Made by a program: the position numbers and the translations under genes. DNA of 63,713 nt, counting the filler. It is 5 parts of 5 records of this genome, joined end to end, with 100 filler letters (N's around TTAATTAATTAA, not from the genome) between each part and the next. Parts side by side here need not be neighbours in the genome. Positions count along the whole stretch, not along the records: positions 49,283 to 57,638 come from SRR20825006_2479; positions 57,739 to 63,713 come from SRR20825006_2521; 3 more parts are not named here. One strand, given 5' to 3'. Shown here piece after piece: positions 49,285 through 57,919 of this stretch; position 1 is the stretch's first letter, and each line of letters opens with the position of its first letter. The notes beneath the pieces were generated by a model. The model was not told the DNA's origin. It saw only the letters and a program-made list of their open reading frames with translations, and searched no databases.

Positions 49285-49602
49285 CTGCCGCTGAAACTGG
49301 TGGCAGGGCAGGGGGATGTGGCCGCCACAAGGCCGCTGCTTGAACTGGAAGGGCAGGGGGTTACGCTCGAGGCGCTCAAGCGCAGCGAAGACGGGACGTC
49401 CCTTGTCGCGCGCATCTGGGAGACCCACGGCCGCAGCAGTACGGTGAGCGTCCGTTTGCCGGAAGGCACGAGCCAGGCCGATATCGTCAATCTGCTCGAA
49501 CGCGATCCGCAGGCCCTGGTGATCGAAAATGGCAAGGTGCAGTTGGCATTGGCGCCGTTCCAGATCCTGACCTTCAAGCTGCAGACGAGGGCCGGAGTGT
49601 GA
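49285..49602 (+). CDS. 3' end of a GH38 alpha-mannosidase (C-terminal beta-sandwich)
   Basis: LEALKRSEDG..LVARIWETHG...VNLLE...LAPFQILTFKL. Confidence 0.8.
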   Translation: MPLKLVAGQGDVAATRPLLELEGQGVTLEALKRSEDGTSLVARIWETHGRSSTVSVRLPEGTSQADIVNLLERDPQALVIENGKVQLALAPFQILTFKLQTRAGV

Positions 49603-50705
49603 TCCCGGCCATTCCCTCCTCACTGCCGCCACTCGACACCCGGGACGGGGTCTGGCTCAAGGGTGACTGGCATCTGCATTCCCGGCACAGCACCGATTCA
49701 TCCAACAATCCGATTGGCAAGATCATCGGCTTTGCCGAGCGTCACGGTTTTGACTATCTCGCCATCACCGACCACGACGTCCATGTGATGGGCGCCGTGG
49801 CCAGCCACACCTGGGCCGATCCCGAATTCGGATCAGACAATCTGCTGCTGTTCCACGGGGCCGAGCTGACCGCCAATCGTGGTCACATCAACATCCTTTC
49901 GACATGCCCCTATGACCACCAGCGTGTGTTCGATCATCGCGATGACCGTGACTGGAACCTGCTTGCACTCAAGCGTGAGTTAGGGGTGCATTTCTCCGCC
50001 AATCACCCCAGCACCAAGAACCATTATGGCTTCTCGTTCGACCTCGCCGACTCCGTTGAAATCTGGAACGGCAGCGTCTGGCCCAAGAATATTCCGGGCG
50101 TCCGGATCTGGGATGACATGCTCAAATCCGGTCGCATGCTGGGGGGACGCGGCGGCAGCGACGCCCATCATGGCGTGCCCGATACACCTGAATTGACAAC
50201 GCCCCTGTCCATCGAGGCGAGCGCCAATTATGTCGGCACGCCGACCACGTGGATTTATGCGCGCGCGCGCAGCAAACAAGCCGTGCTTGAAGCCATGGCG
50301 GCCGGCCGCGCCTCGGTCAGCGCCAATCCGTTCAATCCGCGCGTCGAACTGGTCGCCGACCATGACGGAGACGGGGTGATGGACATGATGATGGGTGACA
50401 ATGTCAAACCCACCGGTGCGCCGGTGACCTTCGAGGTGCGCCTCTTGGGCGGCGGGATCGAAGGGGCCAGCTATCGCGTGCGGGTGGTCCGCAATCGGGA
50501 CGAACTCACGACGCTGATTACCGATCCTCAGACGCGCAGCGTTCGCTTTGCCGATACGCCCGGTGTTGGCGAGCGCAATTACTATCGTGTCGAGATCGAA
50601 GGGCCGCAGACGCCCTATCCGGCGGTGCCCAATTCCATGGCGCTGAGCCAGAATATGGTCGCCCTCTCCAATCCCCTCTATTTCAACTACAATCCCGGCT
50701 TTTAG
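49599..50705 (+). CDS. PHP-fold CehA/McbA-like metallohydrolase
   Basis: WLKGDWHLHSRHS, AITDHD, GAELT...GH, ANHP, EIWNG, GGSDAH, ALSNP. Confidence 0.85.
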   Translation: MIPAIPSSLPPLDTRDGVWLKGDWHLHSRHSTDSSNNPIGKIIGFAERHGFDYLAITDHDVHVMGAVASHTWADPEFGSDNLLLFHGAELTANRGHINILSTCPYDHQRVFDHRDDRDWNLLALKRELGVHFSANHPSTKNHYGFSFDLADSVEIWNGSVWPKNIPGVRIWDDMLKSGRMLGGRGGSDAHHGVPDTPELTTPLSIEASANYVGTPTTWIYARARSKQAVLEAMAAGRASVSANPFNPRVELVADHDGDGVMDMMMGDNVKPTGAPVTFEVRLLGGGIEGASYRVRVVRNRDELTTLITDPQTRSVRFADTPGVGERNYYRVEIEGPQTPYPAVPNSMALSQNMVALSNPLYFNYNPGF

Positions 50706-50771
50706 CCGTCCGATGGGGCCGGATTGCCTGCGTCACTTGACAATCGAGCGGGCCGAACGCCACTAGCAGGC

Positions 50772-51821
50772 ATGAATTCGGCAAAGTCCATGCTTGTCCT
50801 GTCCGGCGTTACGCGGCATTTCGGCCGCGTCGCGGCGCTCGATGATGTCTCGCTCGAGATTGGGGCCGGACAGGTGTTATGCCTGGTCGGGCATTCGGGT
50901 TGCGGGAAATCCACGCTGCTCAGAACCATCGCCGGCATTGAAACGCTCGATGCTGGCAGCATTACCATTGATGGTACGCCGGTGTCGGGGCCTGGCATAT
51001 TCGTCGAGCCGGAGCATCGCCGGGTCGGCTTCATGTTCCAGGATTATGCGCTTTTTCCGCATTTGAGCGTGCGCGACAATATCGGTTTCGGTCTTGGCCG
51101 GCTGCCGCGCGCAGAGCGCGGAGCGCGCGTCGCCTCCATTCTGGACAGCATTGGCATCGCGGCCCTGGCAGATCGCTATCCGCACATGCTCTCAGGCGGC
51201 GAGCAACAACGAGTGGCCCTGGCACGCGCCCTGGCCCCGCAACCGCGCCTGCTGCTGATGGATGAGCCGTTCTCCAATCTGGACCGTGGCCTGCGCGATC
51301 GTGTGCGGCACGAGACCCTGTCCATCGTGCGGGAGCTGGGCATGACCGCAGTGGTTGTGACCCATGATCCGGAAGAGGCCTTGGCCATTGGGGACATGGT
51401 CGCGCTGATGCAAAAAGGGTGCCTGATTGAAATGGGCACCGGCGAGCGCATTTATGATGCGCCCTGGACCGCCTACGCCGCCTCGTTCTTTTCCAGCATG
51501 AATGTCATTCCGGCGCGATTGACGGCCAATGTGCTGGAGACACCACTTGGGCGCTTCCCAGCGCCGGCCCTTGAGGGCGTGCCAAAGGTACTGCTGCGGC
51601 CGCAATCGATCACCCTGAGCGAGACCGGTCTTCCAGCGCAGGTGCTGGACCGGGCCATTCTGGGTGAAATCGAAGAGCTGCTACTGGCGGTCGAGGGGAT
51701 GGACGCGCCGCTCGTGATGCGCGGCACATCACGACATGATGTTCGCCCCGGCGATACCGTCAAGATCGCCGTAAATGCGCATGAGGTCTTGATATTTCCT
51801 CAGGAATCCGAAGCTATGTGA
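50772..51821 (+). CDS. fbpC: Fe3+ ABC transporter ATP-binding protein
   Basis: GHSGCGKS, FQDYALFPHL, LSGGEQQR, DEPFSNLD, TOBE-like tail; clustered with fbpAB. Confidence 0.85.
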   Translation: MNSAKSMLVLSGVTRHFGRVAALDDVSLEIGAGQVLCLVGHSGCGKSTLLRTIAGIETLDAGSITIDGTPVSGPGIFVEPEHRRVGFMFQDYALFPHLSVRDNIGFGLGRLPRAERGARVASILDSIGIAALADRYPHMLSGGEQQRVALARALAPQPRLLLMDEPFSNLDRGLRDRVRHETLSIVRELGMTAVVVTHDPEEALAIGDMVALMQKGCLIEMGTGERIYDAPWTAYAASFFSSMNVIPARLTANVLETPLGRFPAPALEGVPKVLLRPQSITLSETGLPAQVLDRAILGEIEELLLAVEGMDAPLVMRGTSRHDVRPGDTVKIAVNAHEVLIFPQESEAM

Positions 51822-51822
51822 T

Positions 51823-51889
51823 TATTGATTATAATCAATAGTTTAGATCCATTCTAAGCTGGTTTCAAATAATTTGACTTTTACTGTCC
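51823..51889. promoter_or_regulatory. Stacked FNR/FixK box, Irr ICE box and IRO-like motif
   Basis: TTGAT-tata-ATCAA (51825-38); TTTAGAtccaTTCTAAg (51842-58); TGAC-N7-GTCC (51875-89). Confidence 0.7.
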
Positions 51890-51968
51890 GGTATGGCTTT
51901 TGCGGCGTCGAAGAGGGTGGGGCGGAGGGTTCCGGGTACCCCGCCGACGTCACAATGGGAGATCGACT

Positions 51969-52997
51969 ATGCGCAAGCTATTCAAGAGTTTTGGTGCCGC
52001 CAGCGTACTGGTGATGGCCGTGGCCGTTCCGGCCCTGGCCCAGGAAGTCAATATCTACACCACGCGTGAGCCGGGCCTGATCCAGCCGATCCTAGACGCT
52101 TTCACGACCGAGACCGGCATTGCGGTCAACACCGTGTTTCTGGAAAACGGCCTGATCGAGCGCGTCCAGGCGGAAGGTGAGAGCTCACCTGCAGACCTGT
52201 TGATGGCGGTGGATTTCGGCGCCCTGATCGATCTGGTCGATGCCGGTGTCACCCAGCCGGTGGAGTCAGATGTTCTTGAAGCTGCCATTCCGGCTTCGCT
52301 GCGGGATGCCGAGGGCAATTGGTTCGCCCTGTCCGGCCGGGCTCGCGTGGTTTATGCCGCCAAGGAACTCGACCTCGACAGCATCACCTATGAGCAGCTC
52401 GACGACGAAGAATTCCGTGGCAAGCTGTGCATCCGCTCGGGGCAGCACCCTTACAACACTGCCATGTTCGCAGCCCATATGGCCAAGTATGGCGAAGACG
52501 CCACGCGGAGCTGGCTCGAAGGCATCAAGGCCAATCAGGCGCGTGCCGCCGCCGGTGGCGACCGTGATGGTGCCCGCGATATTGCAGCCGGCGTCTGCGA
52601 CATCGCCGTGGCCAATTCCTACTATTATGGCTTGATGGCGAGCGGGGCCGGTGGCGACGAGCAGAAGACCTGGTCGGATGCCGTCAAGGTTATCCTGCCG
52701 ACCTTCGAGGGTGGCGGTACGCTGGTCAATGTCAGCGGCGCGGCTGTGGCGGCCCATGCCCCCAATCGTGAGCAGGCCGTTGAACTGCTTGAATACCTGG
52801 TCTCCGACGCCGCACAGAAGCTCTATGCGGAAGCCAATTTCGAGTATCCGGTGACCACCACTGCCGAGGTCCATCCCATCATTGCCGCCTTTGGCACGCT
52901 GGAGCCCGACAGCCAGTCGCTGAGCGATGTTCTGCCCTTCCGGGCACGGGCCAGCGAACTGGTCGATGAAGTCAATTTCGACACCTTCAGCAATTAA
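51969..52997 (+). CDS. fbpA: Fe3+ ABC transporter substrate-binding protein (FbpA/FutA type)
   Basis: Signal peptide; FT.ETGI.V; EGESSPAD; RSGQHPYN; ANSYYY iron-ligand tyrosines; NFEYP. Confidence 0.9.
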   Translation: MRKLFKSFGAASVLVMAVAVPALAQEVNIYTTREPGLIQPILDAFTTETGIAVNTVFLENGLIERVQAEGESSPADLLMAVDFGALIDLVDAGVTQPVESDVLEAAIPASLRDAEGNWFALSGRARVVYAAKELDLDSITYEQLDDEEFRGKLCIRSGQHPYNTAMFAAHMAKYGEDATRSWLEGIKANQARAAAGGDRDGARDIAAGVCDIAVANSYYYGLMASGAGGDEQKTWSDAVKVILPTFEGGGTLVNVSGAAVAAHAPNREQAVELLEYLVSDAAQKLYAEANFEYPVTTTAEVHPIIAAFGTLEPDSQSLSDVLPFRARASELVDEVNFDTFSN

Positions 52998-53006
52998 GTC
53001 TGTGCG

Positions 53007-53028
53007 GCGGCGTCCGAAGGGGCGCCGC
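53007..53028 (+). other. Intercistronic hairpin after the binding-protein gene
   Basis: GCGGCGTCC-gaag-GGGCGCCGC. Confidence 0.55.
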
Positions 53029-53036
53029 TCTTCATA

Positions 53037-54704
53037 ATGGCCGACATGACCCAAGGACGCCGACGAGGCCGTCCTGACATTGCAATCAGCCCCTGGGCCG
53101 CCGTGGCATTTGTCGCGGCGGCTCTTGCGCTTGTTCCCATTGTTGCGATTGCTGCCACCGCGATGGCGAATACCGGGGGGCTTTGGGGGCACATCATCCA
53201 GTTCGTGTTGCCCCAGTCGACGTGGAACACGCTGGTGCTGCTGGCGGGTTCGGGACTGATCGCGACCATGGTCGGTACTGGCTCAGCCTGGATTGTCAGT
53301 GCCTATGATTTTCGCGGGCGCGGTTTTCTCGAATGGGCGCTGCTGTTGCCATTGGCGGTACCGACCTACATCATGGCCTATGCCTATCTCGACATTCTGA
53401 ACCCGCTGGGACCGGTGCAGGGTGTGCTGCGCTGGGTGCTCGGCTATTCCAGTCCGCGTCAGTTCCGCCTGCCTGACCTGCGAGCGATGTGGGGCGCGAT
53501 CCTAGTCTTCGGATTTGTGCTTTACCCCTACGTCTATCTGACGGCGCGGGCCATGTTCCTGACCCAGGCGGCCAATGTGACCGAAGTTGCGCGGACGCTC
53601 GGTGTGCCGCGCTCCGGCATTTTCTGGCGGGTTGCCCTGCCATTGGCACGGCCGGCCATTGTGGTCGGCGTGTCGCTGGTGCTGATGGAAGTGCTCAACG
53701 ATGTGGGGGCGGCCCAATTCCTGGGCGTGCGCACCTTGACGGCCACCATCTACACGACCTGGATCGTTCGCACGGATCTGGCAGGGGCGGCGCAAATTGC
53801 CATTGGCATGCTGGTGCTGGTTGTGGCCGTATTGATGCTCGAGCGATGGGCGCGGCGAAATCGGCGGTTCGCGTCCACGGCGCAGAATGCACGGCAGATG
53901 CAGCGCTTTGCGCTCAAGGGGCCGGCCGCCGCTATGGCCTTCGGCCTGGGTGTGGCGCCGATCCTGATCGGGTTTGTGGGCCCTGCGATCTACCTGGTGG
54001 TTGCTGCCGTGCGGCGGCTGGAATTTGCCGGGCTTTCCAACACATTGCTGCGCGCGACGTTCAATACAGTCAGTGTCTCGGCAATTGCGACATTGGCCAT
54101 TCTCGCTATTGGCTTTGCGCTGGCCTATGCGGCCCGCCTGCATGCATCGCGCTGGACCAGCGCGGCGATGCGTATTGCCTCGCTGGGCTATGCCGTGCCC
54201 GGTACCGTGCTGGCGATCGGCATTCTGGTGCCGGTGGCCGCGCTTGATCGGACGCTGGGCGGTTGGTGGACCGCCTGGACAGGATTGCCGGGGGGCCTGT
54301 TGCTGCTCGGGTCCGGGTCAGCGCTGGTCTATGCCTATGCGGCCCGTTTCATGGCGATTTCGGCCGGCGGTATCGAAGCCGGGTTGAGCCGTATTCCGCC
54401 CGCCTATGACCATGCGGCCCGCACGCTGGGGCAATCGTCCAGTGGCACGTTGCTGCGGGTGCACCTGCCCTTGTCGCGGTCGGCGCTGACGGCGGCTGGA
54501 TTGCTGGTTTTTGTGGACTGCATGAAGGAGCTGCCGGCGACCTTGTTGTTACGGCCGCTCAATTTCGAGAGCCTCGCCACGCTGCTTTATGGCGAAGCGG
54601 CGCGCGGTACCTATGAAGATGCGGCGCTAGCTGCGCTGATCATCGTGGCCATCGGCATCCTGCCGGTGATCCTGCTCGCGCGCACGTCGAACAGGATCCG
54701 GTGA
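53037..54704 (+). CDS. fbpB: Fe3+ ABC transporter permease (fused double domain)
   Basis: LPLAVPTYIMAYAY, LYPYVYL, ARTLG twice, YAVPGTVLA, KELPATLLLRP. Confidence 0.9.
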   Translation: MADMTQGRRRGRPDIAISPWAAVAFVAAALALVPIVAIAATAMANTGGLWGHIIQFVLPQSTWNTLVLLAGSGLIATMVGTGSAWIVSAYDFRGRGFLEWALLLPLAVPTYIMAYAYLDILNPLGPVQGVLRWVLGYSSPRQFRLPDLRAMWGAILVFGFVLYPYVYLTARAMFLTQAANVTEVARTLGVPRSGIFWRVALPLARPAIVVGVSLVLMEVLNDVGAAQFLGVRTLTATIYTTWIVRTDLAGAAQIAIGMLVLVVAVLMLERWARRNRRFASTAQNARQMQRFALKGPAAAMAFGLGVAPILIGFVGPAIYLVVAAVRRLEFAGLSNTLLRATFNTVSVSAIATLAILAIGFALAYAARLHASRWTSAAMRIASLGYAVPGTVLAIGILVPVAALDRTLGGWWTAWTGLPGGLLLLGSGSALVYAYAARFMAISAGGIEAGLSRIPPAYDHAARTLGQSSSGTLLRVHLPLSRSALTAAGLLVFVDCMKELPATLLLRPLNFESLATLLYGEAARGTYEDAALAALIIVAIGILPVILLARTSNRIR

Positions 54705-54732
54705 TGGGCCGCCCCATCCGCTGGTGCCTGGG

Positions 54733-55563
54733 TTAGATCAGCCGGGCCCGTATGCGGCGGGAGATGGCGTCGATTATCGCCACGGTGACCAGGATCATCA
54801 GGATGATGAAGGCGGCTTCCTGCCAATTGTTGATGCGGATGCGGTCGGACAATTGCAAGCCGATGCCGCCCGCCCCGACAATGCCCAGAATGGTGGCCGA
54901 GCGGACATTGGATTCGAAGAAATAGAGCACGTGGCTCATCATCACCGGGAAGACCTGGGGGAAGACCCCGAGCCGAACGACATGGATGTTGTCGCCGCCG
55001 GAGGCCCGGACGCCGTCGACCGGCTTGTTGTCGACGTTCTCGATGGCTTCGGCAAAGAGCTTGCCGAACACCATGACATCACCCACGGCGATGGCGAGGA
55101 CACCGGCAAAGGGTCCAAGGCCCACGGCCGATACGAAGATCAGCGCCCAGACCAGGCCGTCAATGCCCCTGAAGGCGTCGAAGAAGCGGCGGAGTCCGAA
55201 ATGGAATAGCCAGTTGGGCACAATGTTCTTGGCACCAAGAAAGCCCAGGGGCAGGGCCACGACAAAGGCGATCAACGTGCCCAGAAACGCCATGGCGAGG
55301 GTTTCGAACATGGCATAGGTGTAGTCCCATAGGCCATCGCCGGGCCAGGGCGGGATCATCAGGGTGACGAGCAGCCCAAGCTTGTTGAGGCCGTTGACGA
55401 TCCGCATGGGCGAGGCGTCGATCCACCACAGGCCGAAGGCGAGGACGGCCAGAAAGCCCAGCCACAGGCCCCATGAGCGCAGGCGCTCATTGAGGGGGCG
55501 GGTGAATATCTGGGGATTGGTGCGCCTGAGGCGCGCGATATCGGCATGCAGCGTAGCGGTCAT
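54733..55563 (-). CDS. phnE: Phosphonate ABC permease
   Basis: ETLAMAFLGT, VGLGPFAGVLA, FESNVRSATILGIVGAGGIG. Confidence 0.93.
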   Translation of the reverse strand: MTATLHADIARLRRTNPQIFTRPLNERLRSWGLWLGFLAVLAFGLWWIDASPMRIVNGLNKLGLLVTLMIPPWPGDGLWDYTYAMFETLAMAFLGTLIAFVVALPLGFLGAKNIVPNWLFHFGLRRFFDAFRGIDGLVWALIFVSAVGLGPFAGVLAIAVGDVMVFGKLFAEAIENVDNKPVDGVRASGGDNIHVVRLGVFPQVFPVMMSHVLYFFESNVRSATILGIVGAGGIGLQLSDRIRINNWQEAAFIILMILVTVAIIDAISRRIRARLI

Positions 55564-55566
55564 GGG

Positions 55567-56478
55567 TCAGGCAACCTGTGTCAGGGTGTGGCCGATCAGG
55601 CGATGGCGGATGGCTTCGCAGGTGATGTCGATGACCGAGGTGGTCAGGATCAACAGCAGCATGATGGCCGAGATATCGGTGTATTCGAACTGGCGGATGG
55701 CCACGTAAAGATCCTGGCCAATGCCGCCGGCGCCGACGAGGCCCAGTGCCGAAGCGCCACGCACATTGATTTCGAAGCGCAGGAGCAGATAGCTGGCATA
55801 GTTGGGCAGCGCCTGGGGCGCGACGCCAAGGCGCATGATCATGGGCCAGTTGCCGCCGGATGCCCGGACGCCTTCGATGGGGCGCGGGTCGACGTTTTCG
55901 TTCACTTCGGCGAACAGCTTGCCAAGCGAGCCGGCGGTGTGAACCGCAATGGCGAGGACGCCGGCAAAGGGGCCGAGGCCGAAGGCGAAGACGAAAATCA
56001 GCGCAAAGACCAGTTCGGGGACGGTGCGGAAGAATTCGAGCGTGCGGCGCGCGGCAAAATAGATGCCGGTGTTCTCAACCAGATTGCGCGAGGCCGGGAA
56101 ACTTAATGCAAGGGCGATAATCCCGCCCATCACGGTGCCGACAAAACCCATGAGGATGGTTTCGACAAGCAGGCGCAGCCAGAAGCGCAGGCCCCAATAC
56201 CAGTCGGCGAGATCGGCCCAGAAATTCTCCAGGGTCAGCGTGGGCAATGTGCCGGCAATATAATTCCAGGCCATCGGCAGGCCTTTGAAGAGGCCCGGAA
56301 TGGAGAAATCGCTGACGACAACGGCACCGGCAAGGGCGGCGAGAAACAGCACGCCATAAAGCAGGGTCCAGTTGCGGCGGGTGAATTGCTGCTGGCGATA
56401 GCGTTCGTCGAAGGACTGCAGGCGTTCTTCCCGCGTCGTTGATGCCAGCCGGCCATTGGTGGGGTTGAGTGTGGACAC
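55567..56478 (-). CDS. phnE: Phosphonate ABC permease
   Basis: RTVPELVFA, GLGPFAGVLAIAVH, RFEINVRGASALGLVGAGGIG. Confidence 0.93.
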   Translation of the reverse strand: MSTLNPTNGRLASTTREERLQSFDERYRQQQFTRRNWTLLYGVLFLAALAGAVVVSDFSIPGLFKGLPMAWNYIAGTLPTLTLENFWADLADWYWGLRFWLRLLVETILMGFVGTVMGGIIALALSFPASRNLVENTGIYFAARRTLEFFRTVPELVFALIFVFAFGLGPFAGVLAIAVHTAGSLGKLFAEVNENVDPRPIEGVRASGGNWPMIMRLGVAPQALPNYASYLLLRFEINVRGASALGLVGAGGIGQDLYVAIRQFEYTDISAIMLLLILTTSVIDITCEAIRHRLIGHTLTQVA

Positions 56479-56493
56479 GCGCGCCTCACGAAT

Positions 56494-56526
56494 AAAAAAG
56501 GCCGGTACGCGGGATGCGCACCGGCC
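56494..56526 (-). terminator. Hairpin plus U-tract between phnD and phnE
   Basis: Minus strand GGCCGGTGCGC...GCGTACCGGCC-TTTTTT. Confidence 0.6.
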
Positions 56527-56535
56527 AGGAAGGGA

Positions 56536-57456
56536 TCAGTTGCCGTTCTTGCGGCGCTGTTCAGCATTGAATTCGGTGATGGCCACAACGTCGAGATAGT
56601 CGTCGTGGGTCGCCGCAACATAGCCGCTGGAGGTGCCGCGGGTGTACTCGGCGAAACCCTCAGGGTCCTTTTCCGGGAAGGCCATCAGGACGGTCTTGAA
56701 CTCGTCCTGCAGTTCCTGGGGCAGGGTGGTCAGCATCATCACCGGGGTATTCGGGATGACGGGCGAGGTCCAGATGATACGGGTCGAGCCCTCCTCGATC
56801 AGACCGTTATTTTCCATGGTCTGGATATTGCCGGCTTCCTCATTGCGCCAATGGGTGGCGACCACGTCGAAGGTGCCGTTGACCAGTGCCATGACGCTCT
56901 GCTGATGGCCGCCGGAGAAGGCAACCTCGCTGAAATATTCGTCGGCGGTGGTGCCCAGGACGGTCGAGAGATAATAGGAAGGCACTGCATAGCCAGAGGT
57001 CGAGTTGGGATCGGCAAAGGCAAAAGAGGCGCCCTTGACGTCTTCGATCGACTGGAAGTCGCTGTCGGCGCGCACGGCCAGGATCGAGTGGTAGCCAAGA
57101 TTGCCTTCGTTATCGAGCGTCACGGCGACCGGGGCTATGTCCTCGCCCATGATCTTGCGGGCCAGGGCATAGGCGGCCGGGCCGACCGAGGCGATCTGCA
57201 CGTGACCCGAGCGCATGGCTTCGATCACAGCGGCGTAGTCGGTGCCGCGCACGATATTGACCGGCACGCCCAGCTCGCGGCTGAGATAGTCGGCATAGGG
57301 CTGGTTGCGGGCGATGGCATCGGTTTCGTTCTCGCTCGAGGAAATGCCGATGGTCAGTTCAGGAAACTGCTCGCGCCAGTCCTGGCTGAGAGCGGGAGAG
57401 ACCAGGGCGAGCGAAACCAGCGCGGCCACAAGGCCACGGCGCGTCAGGGTAAGCAT
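56536..57456 (-). CDS. phnD: Phosphonate ABC substrate-binding protein
   Basis: TDYAAVIEAM, FADPNSTSGY, FSGGH, IIWTSPVIPN. Confidence 0.92.
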   Translation of the reverse strand: MLTLTRRGLVAALVSLALVSPALSQDWREQFPELTIGISSSENETDAIARNQPYADYLSRELGVPVNIVRGTDYAAVIEAMRSGHVQIASVGPAAYALARKIMGEDIAPVAVTLDNEGNLGYHSILAVRADSDFQSIEDVKGASFAFADPNSTSGYAVPSYYLSTVLGTTADEYFSEVAFSGGHQQSVMALVNGTFDVVATHWRNEEAGNIQTMENNGLIEEGSTRIIWTSPVIPNTPVMMLTTLPQELQDEFKTVLMAFPEKDPEGFAEYTRGTSSGYVAATHDDYLDVVAITEFNAEQRRKNGN

Positions 57457-57489
57457 TGATGTAGCTCCGAGTTCGGGGAAGTGGGGCGG

Positions 57490-57636
57490 CTAGTGGGCCG
57501 CCTCCAGGTGTCGTTTGCCGGCTTGGCCTGCCGTGCCGGTAGCAGCGATGGTCGAGGTCAGGCTCTCGTCCACCGCTGTTTCGTGTTCGTCACCATAGAT
57601 CTGCTGGATCATCGAACTGGTCAGCATGTCCGGCGT
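57490..57636 (-). CDS. phnC: 3' end of the phosphonate ABC ATPase, not in the ORF track
   Basis: TPDMLTSSMIQQIYGDEHETAVDESLTST...* directly upstream of phnD. Confidence 0.75.
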   Translation of the reverse strand, partial: TPDMLTSSMIQQIYGDEHETAVDESLTSTIAATGTAGQAGKRHLEAAH

Positions 57637-57638
57637 GC

Positions 57639-57738
57639 NNNNNNNNNNNNNNNNNNNNNNNNNNNNNNNNNNNNNNNNNNNNTTAATTAATTAANNNNNN
57701 NNNNNNNNNNNNNNNNNNNNNNNNNNNNNNNNNNNNNN
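57639..57738. other. Artificial contig linker
   Basis: 44 N + TTAATTAATTAA + 44 N. Confidence 0.99.
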
Positions 57739-57795
57739 TAGAGCATCGGTCTCCAAAACCGAGGGTCGAGGGTTCAAGTCCTTCTGCCCCTGCCA
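57739..57795 (+). tRNA. trnW: tRNA-Trp(CCA), 5' part cut by the contig edge
   Basis: Anticodon arm TCGGT-CTCCAAA-ACCGA; T-arm GGTTCAAGTCC; acceptor strand GCCCCTG-CCA. Confidence 0.92.
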
Positions 57796-57919
57796 GGCGG
57801 ATTTCCGAATTTTCAGTCAATACAGTCCGTTTCCGGGCCGCTTGTCCTGGCGGCGCTTAGATGATTGAAAAATCGCGGAGCGGTGCGATGCTGTTCAGAA
57901 TTGACGGGAATTTCAGACC

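Noticed and set aside
51900-51968. N-terminal extension of FbpA from TTG 51900
   Set aside because: The signal peptide starts at ATG 51969 after a GGGAGA RBS
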